This document shows, one piece after another, positions 1-12,000 of a stretch of DNA of 64,000 bases. Both the position numbers and the translations under genes were made by a program. Each line of letters starts with the position of its first letter. Position 1 is the stretch's first letter. A model generated the notes under the pieces. It did not search any database. It was not told where the DNA came from and saw only the letters and a program-made list of their open reading frames with translations. Origin of the DNA: Callorhinchus milii (lineage: Eukaryota); NCBI RefSeq assembly GCF_018977255.1, contig NW_024704742.1:96536001-96600000 (forward strand). Direction: 5' to 3'.

Positions 1-37
1 ATCCTTCGTAAGAAAGGAATAGTCAAGTCAAGCTTAC

Positions 38-54
38 CTTTACAGAGTCTCTGT
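38..54 (-). CDS. TLE4: TLE4 coding exon 8, 17-nt microexon (D-RDSVK)
   Basis: aagcag|AC AGA GAC TCT GTA AAG|gtaagc; the phase-1 join to exon 7 gives DRDSVK (mammalian TLE4 DRDSIK as recalled). Confidence 0.9.
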
Positions 55-3000
55 CTGCTTTCGTGGCAACCACAGTATTTGATGAATGAATGAGGTCACA
101 GGAAGTGCAGATGGGAGTGAAAATTAACAAAAACAAATTAGATCACGAGTGATAGCCATTCCCCCTCCCCCCAATCACTAGGCATGACAATTCTTACCCT
201 TTAGTTACACTGGCAAATATATACTAGTCTGACTCCACACCGAAGCAACGTTTTTTGTCATATATGGGTGTCTGCTATCAAAGTGGAGTGAATGGTGGAT
301 GCCCCATTTATGAGTCTAAGCATTTTAAAGGCACCAGCTCATATGAAGTTGTTCATTTTATATTAATGGCCAAGTTCATGAACAGAGATGGCAAGAATTG
401 TTAACATAACTCACATTATAATGCAATTCTTGTTTTCCTAACAAAAGTCCTGATGATGACTCTTAGGGATACCACAATCATTTGGCCGAACTGAATGCAA
501 TACTCTTGGGTTATGTTTATGTTGTAGAGCTTCTTCCATTCAAGAGCTCAGCTCACTAAAGCCAGGGGTTACATTTCCTGCCTCCAGAGGCACAGGGAGA
601 GCCACCTCTCAAGGTGGCAACTACACTCATTGAATGACAGCAGCACTGTTTACCTTGTAAAGAAATGCAAACCATTTGTCACACTAATGACACAGCCCTT
701 CAGTTAATAAACACAAAAGAGAATACACTCCAGTCAACCAGATAAGGTATTCATTCAAAAGTGTTTTCTACTCGTGTACTCGATGTCCATGAGGAAAAAT
801 AAAACCTGGCATCATGCCGTTTTCTTACTTGATTTATCTTGGAGAAAAGAAGCCCAGATTAATTAAGATTAGTTGATCATTAAGTATTTTATTCATGGGC
901 TAATCCAACCCAGGTCAAATACAAATCAGTCCTTCCTCTTGGGCACTAACACACTGTACTGAAGCCTGGCAAAATAAAGCTAGGTATTAAGTGCTGGTTG
1001 GATCAATTCAATTGCTCACTGGTTATATTTGGAGGCAGTGTGAATGTTCAAACTGTGTGCACAGTAGGAATTAAGTGTTACTTATCTTTATCTTCCCCTC
1101 AAAAATCAGTGCTGCACTACAGTATGCATGGTACAGCTGACATAAGCTTGGTGTGTATGGGAGGGGGATGGCGTGGCAGCCTCTAGGATAAATAAAACGG
1201 TGTTGTTCCTCCAGAGGTACTGACAGCCATATTCCAAAGTGGGTCTCGATCCTGTTTTCAGAAGCACCAATTCCACAAACAATAAAGTAAACTGGTCCCT
1301 CCCAGTACCTCCGGCAATTTGGTCACCACATTTTCTTGCCTGTGGGTGAGCTATTTATTTAGCTTTACAACATAAACATGGCTAAACGGTAACTATGCCA
1401 AATCTGCTCTTAAAAGAGCGAGTACAGACACAACCAGCCAAACAGCCTTTTTCTGTGCTGCAAATTTGCATGGTTCTACCCTTCCAATCTTTAAGCAGCA
1501 ATTTTTTAAAAAAACAAATTGAAACGGTTTCAAAAGATTCAAGTTTTAAACTTAAGGAGCTATGTAAATTACATGAAGGAATTAAAGTTAAAAAGGTACA
1601 AGTATTCATGGTGATCAGATTATAAATACACAGAAAAGATGTTTACAGTACAGCTTAGTGTTAATTACAGCACAGCTCCAAATGATATATTATTTGAACT
1701 ATTCTGAAACTTACTTGGGTGTGAAGTGATGATGGGGAAAGAATCACAATAAAGACAAGGATGATTCACTATTAAATTGGCTCTGGTTTCTGACTGTTGG
1801 GTTTAATTTTTTTTACAGTGTGCCAATGAAATCCCTGCACAGGATACCACCCACACACTTTACCACTGCATCCTGTGAGGTGTTCAGCATTTGACGGGTG
1901 CAGCATGTACGCGATTGCCAAAATGTATGCAACTGGTAACAAACAAGCACTTGTTTGCATGACATTATCACATTCAATCATCAACAACCCTGCCTCCACT
2001 TTTGCACCACTCTTCCCACCTCTGGAGGCACAAGCTGAGCACATTATCAGACTAAAATTCAGCAATGAGTTTTAATCGTTGCTCACCTCTTTGATGATCT
2101 GTATCATGATGCTTTTTCTCATCTTTCATGGCACTGGACAGAGCCAACAGGCCCACACTGCTCCCAACAGTGGAGATTCCTGGAGGCTGAAGCCCAGATG
2201 GGTGTGGAGTGAGAGGTATTGGGAGTGCGTGACCGTGTGACAAATGTTGGGCCTGTAACTGCTGCTGCTGCTGTTGAGAAATAACCTTGCATGAATACAA
2301 TGTAGGAGAAATTAGGGGAAAGCCAAGTACAAGAAAAGCATATACTTCCACATTTTACATTTTAAATTTCAATTGTGCAATTGAAGCAGCAGTATCTCCC
2401 TTTGCTTGGCTTTTATGGACCAATTTGAAAGTGCTTTGGAGGCTCATTATGTGCAGATATTCCCGTTTGGTAAAATTCTTCTGCACAGACTGCTTGCACC
2501 ATTACATACACTTCTTAAGATAACAGTAAGGTCAATGCTTGATTGAAGCTGTACGATTATTTCATTTTGATCAGCAATTTAAAGTTTGAGGGAATAAAAG
2601 TCTATTAGTGACCCAGTATCTATATCAGTAATTGTCCATGGTTAAGGTCCATTAGTCAGATTTTTTTAAAAAAGCACAGATAATTTTTCCTTCAGTGTCT
2701 TTTTTGTCAAAAAAAAGGCAAAAATCAGGGGGAGGGGGCAGGGGGGAGAAATTTTACACAGTAGGGAAATTTGATGAAAATTGGAATTAACAGCCATATT
2801 GTGCACCATTGCATATAGTTACATGGCACTGCACGAACATTATGCTGTTAGCACATTGCCGGAACCGGGTTACTTGCACGTGCATTGTACTCGGCTCTCC
2901 TTGCCAGAAGCAGGAGTGCAGGAAGGCAGGATTTTGAATGCGCACAAATTCTCAGATCCAGCTGACCTGCACGGAAATCACATCAGGCGTGCCTTCCTGA

Positions 3001-6000
3001 ACCCAGTTTACATGCAAGCGTATATAGCTTTGTACATGGATTTGCAGATCCAGCATTGCAGCGAGAAGTTTCGGAATGTGCAGATGGATAATACAGCAAA
3101 AATGCCAATTTTTTCAATATTTTGAGGTATTGGTTCATCAATTGATTTTCACCCAAACACTGAGGTTTTAATTGGTGAAAATTGATTTTAATGGGCCTTT
3201 ACACGTGATTTTAGCAAAAAATGTTTCAACCAGAATAGATCCAAATGGGATAAACGCTGGTGACACATAGCCAGTAACATAAATGAAGCTTGTGTACATT
3301 TAGCAACAGATTCTATACCTGTCCCTCTTACAATATTCCAACCTCAAAATTGTCATAAGCCAATGTACAGATAGACTGGTTTTGATTTGCAGTCCATATG
3401 ATTTGCCTGAAATTGTATGTTGCACCCACAAAATATACAGTCAATTCACTTTACAGTATATTCTGTGAAGCGCTTTGAGACGTCTCGAAGACATGATAAG
3501 GAGTTATATCAAATGAAAGGATTATTATTATCTTTTGTGGAAAGATACTGCAACTTCAAAAAGGCTGATTATAAAATGTTAGCAGAAGAGAATGTTTCAA
3601 AGAAAGAAAACAAATCACAGAAGTACAGTAGTTAGTCATGCAAAATATAGCACAGAACATAAAAAGGCAGTTACACCAATGTTTTAGAGTCAATTATAGC
3701 AGTGACATGCTGAACAGCATTCAAGTGCCACAGAATTCATACTGTGCACAAACTGCAAACACAATAAAGAATGTGTTACTGAAGGAAGATGTATTAAGAA
3801 AGATGCTGACAAAAAGAACTCTCATTTCCTCTCCACCCCCCCCAAAAAAAGTAACATTGCACAAATACTCAGCAAACAGATAGCGAGTACAAAATCTATC
3901 CTCTGTGTTAACTGCACAGCAGGAGTTAATTTGTGAGAAAAATGAATTAAATAACCCAGAAACAAACCTAGCTGCAGCCACTCTTTAAACCCCTCAGAGT
4001 GTCCTTAGCAGTACTTCAGCAAATTACTAAAGGAAATCTGATGTAGCAGAGGTGCAGGTCCTTAGGCTTGCTCAATAATGCTGAAATAATTGCGTACTCT
4101 GTGCACGTTTAGTGATGCTCGAATAAAAGCTAGAGGCCTGCCCTTGTACTCTTTGCTACCCGGTGAGTCTATGTTGTGACAGGTTTATTTGAGTGGGACT
4201 ATGATGCATGCACTAGTAGCTGCACTGACAAGAGTTTAAAGTCTGTTTTACCAGTGCACTGGCAACACATAGAAAAGCCCTCAAGAGGTTAGTATTTGAG
4301 TGCTTGACCTCAGCCAAAGCTGCATCAAGCTTTGCGCTGTACTAACCATTGTGGGGTAGATGGTTTGCTGCTGCTGTCAGGGGAAAAATAAAATGTAATG
4401 CAAGTTAGTCCGTGCATTACTGAATATATAATCAAACATACTATATTACGATCGAAACATCAACATACATTAGATATCCATCATAGCATACTTGTTTTAT
4501 AAGCAAGTTTAAGTGAAATAAATAGTTTAAATATTAAAACTCTCCAATTTCAGCATGACTACAATTGCTTCATTGAGCTGTAGCAACCAAAAAGAGGAGG
4601 TTTCTCCTAGCCAACAATCCTACAGATAAAACCACACAGTCGTGGTTGTTTGTGGGACAATGCCGTGCGCAAACTGGCTGCCACATTTTGTCTACAATAT
4701 TGACTACACTTTACAGTAAAATTGCGTGAAGCGTTTCAAAGACATGATAAGGCGCCATGCAATTAGATTAGGATTTAATTTAAAGGCAATTTATTTTACT
4801 GAACCAAACAACTAATTTCCTTAATAAAAAAAAATTCAAACTGCTCCCATCTCAGGCAATGCAACACCAAGTGATGGGTTTGGGAAATAAACACAACATG
4901 AACACTGAAGAACAGCATAAATTTTGTTGGCTGTATATCATACTCTGAGGCACAGCACTGTCTGATCCATTTACAAAAATTTGGAAGATTAGCATGCCTT
5001 TTCCAAAATAAATTCTTCTAGCAACATAATTTTCATGTAACCCAGTGGCTGAGACTGTAATACTATTTTAAATATTAAAGATGTACACCTGCTGTGACCA
5101 AGGCAACCCACCCATTATCCACACGTGAACATCTCAAACTTTTTACGATATTAAAAAAAATCAGTCAATCCTGTGTAACCTCACCTCTTATTGGTGAGAA
5201 GCAGAAATTTAACGCATCAAAAGATCAGAGTTTCATCACAAGGAGGAAATTGCCTCTGTTATTTTGTGCTGTGTGAAGCCATTTCCTCCCTGTGGAATTT
5301 GAGTGTGGCGACATAAACATGACAGAAATGGAGGTTAATGGGCTCCTTTATATTTAGTCGGTTGAGCGAGACAGCAATTCATGGGACTGAATAGTTGAGC
5401 GAAATACTGCCCTGAAGACATGGTAAGGCGCAATGCGTCAGCAATCAGACTGACATGTGTGTCTGGAATAAAATTTCATGTATACACCCCTCCAAAGTAT
5501 GGCAGAGTTCTAGTGGTCTTTGGGAATACCAGCAGAAGTTTGATACAAGGCAACACATCAGTCCAGTTCAATCAAGATCAGTCAGAGTACAGTATTTATA
5601 CCCATAAGATAGAATTACCCTAAACAGACAGCCAACCAAACCTATTCATTCACATTTTAATCATTCAAAATTGCAATTATATTTTTTACACCAGAATAAA
5701 AAAACGATTCCTCCTTCCTTCCTTGTGAGAAATGATGTAAGAAATCATTTGTTACATTAGTTTATACTTAAGTGATTACTTTTGAAATATGTAAAACCAT
5801 TACGACTGAAAATTTAAATATTTGCTTTCTAATCATTTCACTTCACTAATTTCCCTACTTGTAAATTATTTTGAGGCACCTTGGGATTGACCTTATCAAA
5901 GACTCTTGATATTAAAGAACTGACAAGAAGGGTCTGGATTCCTTGTGTAACTGTACAACCAGGAACACACCTTAGAGATAAATGATCCTGCAGTTATTTG

Positions 6001-9000
6001 ATAGATCTACTCAGTCTGTATTGAAATATTTCCATTTATCATCTGCCACCCCCCACCCCTCGATAAATGTCAAATGAGTTCATTTAATAAATGTGAACTC
6101 ATGTTCCCAAAATATTTTGGGACTACAGGGCTTTAGTGTTCTTGGGAAATTAAACCTTAAGTTGCTAGAACTTTGGGATAGTAATCTAGTACATACAAAC
6201 TTTTATTCACAGCCAGATTTATTTTAATATGCAAACTTGGTTAGCAGCCTATTATCCTCAAACACTGAATGGCCTCTATGGTGAGTTTTTAAAAGAAAAA
6301 AAATTATCTTCAATGATTGAAAATTTCCAAGGGAGGAAATCTGGACTTGGTACCAATTGCATTCTCCAGGAGTGGTGGTAAATGAGACACTTGTAGCATT
6401 TCCATCACTAACTTATGACTTGAATTTCATAAATTTGTATTAGTAATTGATAAATATTGTAAAACCAGCAAATTGTCTGCAAAGCGGGGGTGGGGGGGCG
6501 CAACACAATTAGTGCAATTAAGTAGGCTCCCAACTGTAATTCTCTAGTTGCAGAGGTGAAGCCATTGCGTGATCCTAGATCATCCCAAAACTGGTACAAA
6601 ACTGTGCAGGTTGTGTGCAACAATTCACTACCGCGTTTCGTCCACAAAATATATAGTCAATTCACTTTACAGTATATTCTGTGAACCTTTAAGATGTTTC
6701 GACGACAGGATAAAGAGCTATATCAAATGCAAGTATTATTATTACATTTGTTTCCTTTTCATCAATTTTCTCTCCCATCTTCCTTTTACTGCAAAGTTTA
6801 CCTAGTTTACAGTATATTCTGTGAAGCACTTTCGAGACATCTCGAAGACGTGATAAGGTGCTATATCAAATGCAAGGATTGTATTATTATAGGCGCTCAG
6901 TGCCCTTTGCTGCTTCACCTGAATATCCATTATTCCTATTTCTGCCAGCACATTGATCTTTAATACATAATTTGACTGAGGTAGTGGGAAGAGAAAACAG
7001 GGACATGAATATGATCTTGTTCTCATCCAACAGTGGTAAATAGTTGATGTACTAAGAATGGCAAGCCAATCTGATTTCCCCCTCCCTAATATGAGGCGTA
7101 AGCCAACAGTTTGCATGCTTCGTCACCTTGAGAATAACTAACTTTGCACAGATCAGCGATTAAATCCGAGATCTTTAGGTCATGTACTTTTTTTGAGTAA
7201 ACCAAACCTGCTGAACTATCAGGATAGCAAAACAGATGCATGTAAAAGCATTACATTTTCTGATACAGATGGAAAGACACCAAGTAATCACTAATTCTTA
7301 ATGAATTTTGAATGAATGTCAAAACTTGAATGACCTGATAGTTGGTTCAACACACTGATACACCAAGATAGAGAGAAAATGAGGAAGAGAATGGGAGTGA
7401 AGGAGAGACAATGTTTAAACAGCAGCACTGAGCACAGGCTTGACGTTCAGATGAGAATGAAGCCAAATTGACCTGGAAAGACTATTTTCAGAAACTTTCT
7501 TTTGCACTCTCCTGATGTCTTACACGGGGCAGGCAATGAACAACCCGACAGATCAAAAGCAAACATTTGGGAAATAAGTGAGGAAAAGAAAATGACAAAC
7601 ACAAATTGGGACAGGATATAGGGGAGGAAGATAACAAGAGAAAAGATTGAGCACACAGAGGGAGAAAGTGAGTGATAAGACACCCAGAGAATAAGTGAGC
7701 AAGAGACAAAACTGGTTTGTTAAGAACATGCAGGATGAGTTAGAAAACTACATGTTCATGATCGACAACCCAAGGTCTCAGCAGCAACATTTATACAGTA
7801 GATATTTCCAGTAAAATATCAGGAATTACAAATAATGTGCTCTAAGCTGTCCTGAACGCTAATAATAAAAGATTTGACAAATTGTTAAATACAGCTTTAA
7901 TTTTAAAGCCTGTTTTCTACGATTCTTTTAAGAACCACGGAAAAACAACTTCAAAATCAAGACCGAATTCAACAATTTGCCAAATACTGGATATTCTAAA
8001 ATGCTACATAATTAGAGTAAATCTGGACCAACATGTAATCTCTCCCTATAGAAGTGCTGTAGCAATTTGGGATTGGTTAGCATTTCATGAGGTGGATTTT
8101 CACTTTGCCCTGAATCTTTAATATCAGGGAGAAAGGATTTATTCTTCCTCCCATTCTCTCTGCAGAAATACATGCTACAACACCTCTTTATCTGACATTT
8201 TTACCTCCCAACACTAAAACCTTGCATTAGTATTTTTAAGGGCAGTATTCAGTAGATATATTATAATCAATTTCTGATCCCAGGCACTGCTCCTTTTAGT
8301 TAGAAACCTCTGTAATTGATCAAAGCCAGTTGATTTTCATATCAACCTACACTGATTTTATTGAGAAGTTAGTAACTTTTTTTTAAAAAATAATCTTCAT
8401 TTAGGTGACAGATGGATAGAATAATATACTTCAAGAGTGCTAACAGCAAGAAATCAGATGTGTAAATAACCTCAGCCTTAAGATTTAAAATGGGGCAGAA
8501 TTTTGTAAAACAATCAAATTCTGGCCCAATTTGAAAGCGGGTTTTCCACATTTCTCACCAAAATACACATGTTCGAACATTTTAAGACAAGCCTAAAAAC
8601 ATGCAAATTTCAAGCTTCTGGATTCTTTAGTGGATCTTCAATTTCAAACTACTATTTTAGAATGACCAACTAATATCAAACATTGGCATCTGCCCTCCTT
8701 CATGTCTGCTAGGTGACCATTTAAAAAAGTTGATTCCCTTTTCTCACAGCAATCAATGTATGCTGCTGAAAAATACAAATCGCCTCACCTTAAAACTTTT
8801 AATCAGGGTCAAATCAAAGGTGCCCACAGTGAGAAACACAGGATAAGGTGGTAAGAAATATCGGTCTTAGGGATCCTATTTATTTATGGCATTTCGAGAC
8901 CACACCCATGTCCTATGGTCATATGCTATTTTCCCCTCCCTCCCACACATTTTGATTGCTGATTGAAGAACCTTTCACGACCTCAAACATCTCCTATGAT

Positions 9001-12000
9001 CAGTTCATTCTGTTAGCAACCTGTCAAATATTTGACACCATCGTCCTGCTTCTAGAATGCTCCTGTTATAAACAGTGATTTTAGTGTTACTATGATCCTC
9101 ACACAAGGTGTTGTCCATTCTCCACTGCCTGCCTACCAGAGAAGATGGCATAGATACCTTCGCTTCTGCTTCTTATTCCTAAATTTGTCTTTCTGTTAGA
9201 CAATGTAAAAACAGTGCATTAGCTATTAGTGGAAATACTGATCCATTATCGATCCATTTACTCTAGATCAACTTTGTGGTTAAACATACCTTTCGTTACA
9301 TGGTAATTTGCCCTGTAAATTCCTTCCATGTATACAAGATCACAATTTAAGTATTTGGGGATAATTGTAGATTGAGCAAAACATGAATTTCAAGGCGCAT
9401 AATGATTTCTGTGTTTCTGAACTAGGAAAGGCATATTTGTATGCAGGCAGAGTAGATAGGTTTAACAGAAGAGCTGAAAGTTTATAGAATTCTTGCTTGA
9501 TTGACTTTGAAATTAGGGACTTGTTAACCATAGCTTTACCCCAGAAATTGAATTGTTGGGGTGCAGTCCTTGGTATGTGAATGCTGAAGGGAATGCACTT
9601 GGTCAGTGTTGTTTTTAGTTTCTAGGCCTTTTCTAGTTTCAGATTTTGAGTCTTTGTATCCAACCTGCAGAATGAAAGTCATTTCAAGAACTGTATAGTA
9701 ACCTATTATAGTAACCTCGCAGGCCTCGTTAACAAACTATTGTACTTTAAGCAATTTTTCTGAAGAACAAAGTAGAAGACAATGGTCCACACATCAAGAC
9801 TAATAAGGATGGTAATTATAGAATCCTACTGCACAAGAGGCCATTTGGCCCATCATGCATGTGCCGGCTCTTTGAAAGACTTATCCAATTAATCCCACTC
9901 CCCCGTTCTTTTTCCATAGCCTTGCAATTTATTGTTTTCAAAAAAATATCCAATTTCCTTTCGCAAGTTATTATTGAATCTGCATCCACCACCCTGTGAA
10001 GCAGTACATTCCACATTGTAACAACTCGCTGTGTTTAAGAGAGAGGAGAAAAGACAGATCAAGATGTAGTAGCTAGGATTTAAAAGTCTAGATTATACGA
10101 GGAAGAGAAGGAGCTCCACAGCTCCGAGGTGCTGAGAAAGAAAATGAAAAGATTGCAATGAGTTTGAATTCCAAAACAGCAAGGATTCAAGTGTTAAAAG
10201 GCAGAAAAGAAAGCAACACCCTAAGCAGTCAAATAGGATGCATCTGTACCACTATGGAATCAAAACGTAGGCAATGGGAATTTTGAGTCATTTCATCTTA
10301 TGGTGTTAAAATTGATCGCATAATACATTTTCCCAACTGCTTTCTTTCTTATTCCCTTTTGTACAGCAAACCCCAAAACTCATCTTGTGGAGACCTGTAG
10401 CTCAGTGGTTAGAGCACTCGTGTCACAAGCGAGAGACCTGGGTTCGATTCCCGGCAGATTGTAACCTTGGGCAACTTTCCTTGCTCCACACGCCGGATAA
10501 TAATCCCTAGACGACATGAAAAATACTATATCAAATGCAAGGATTATTATATATGTTACGAGTGCTTCTTCATGGGATTTGATTAGATTAGGAGAAGTCC
10601 ATGAGAGAGAGATGATAGCTCTGATTTTGCTTGACAATTCAGGAAGTTATAGCTGCGTATATCCTCCATTATATCAGGATTTAAGCAAATTGTTTTCAAT
10701 GCATTTTGCAAGGAATTCATATGATCCAGGATTAATGCGTGAAGGGATCGGCAACAATCATCAGTCACAGAGACCTTCCTTGAGTTGATGCAAATGAAAT
10801 GTGAACATGTTATGAGTTGTACGAGTCTGTACAGAACATGACTCAAGTCAAAAACTTGCATGGTTCTCTCAGGAACAAGCTCATCTGACTTGCAAGATGA
10901 CAAAACATGAAATGCAAGAAAATTAACGTATCTAAAATGCTGCACTGAAAGATGCGGGATGAGGAAATGAAACGCGGACTTAAATTCTTCCAAAATGAAG
11001 TATGACACTGATTTTTATGCTAAAGAAATAAAATCAACCATAACTCCACATTAAAACTAGTTAACATGGCCTTTAATAGACAATTAATTTGATAGTCAAA
11101 GCAAACCTACTGACAGGACATAAATATCAATATAATGAAGATAAGTTTTGGACACAAGATCTTCACTGCATTATGAAAGGGTTTTTTTAATCCCTCTCGA
11201 GACTGAGGTCATAATATACAAATAGACTTATTCAGCACAGAAAGAGACCATTCAATCCATACTGCCTATGCCACTGAGTATACGGTTTCTACATAATTGT
11301 TAATTTCTATTTATTTTTACGATAATTTCTGTTTTTTATGTTCTTTATGAGAACATCAATTATTCTGCCCATACGACTAGCCACCTATTCTGTACTCGCT
11401 CACCCAGCAATTTGGGTTGCATTTAGCATTTTAATAGATGAGTTAGGGAGAGCCTGTAGCCTTCAATTAATCCTTAAATCAAATTAGATCACTGAGCGCA
11501 AGTGTTGTGCACAGGTCATTGTGCATTTACTGACTGTAAAACCATCCTCATCCAGTCACTTAATCAATATACCCAACTAATCAAATAGACAAAAATCATC
11601 ATCAATGGAGAGATTGGAACTAGGCCTGCTGATAAGAAGGAAAACTTCAAATGATTGATTATTCAATCAATAATAAAAAATGAGTTAGTGTGTGGTATAT
11701 GTGTGTGTGGGGGGTGGGGGAGGGAGAGAATGAGGTCTGTAAATATGTCTTACATTGGAAAATTGGCAGGGAAACAATTTATCAATATTATAAGTGCTCC
11801 AAGTCAAGACACCTAATGAAACAGAAAAAAAAATTACATTTGCAGTCACCTGCAGTTTTCTTTCCTTCCGCATTTACATAAAGTTTATCCTCTACACATG
11901 CACATGAGATTTGGTTAAATGGGGAGTGGGTGTGAATGAGGCAATTAATCACAAGAACAGCGTCATGTTCTGAACACACAGACTGTGATAAACCACATGA

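Noticed and set aside
1710..1800. Strong minus-strand donor CAA|GTAAGT at ~1715 suggesting a poison exon in intron 7
   Set aside because: No convincing upstream acceptor with a polypyrimidine tract; unsupported without RNA data.
10388..10460. tRNA-like sequences (also at 25585-25655, 45180-45255 and 49070-49131)
   Set aside because: These are SINE heads, followed by SINE body or tail and lacking a proper acceptor stem; they are not tRNA genes.
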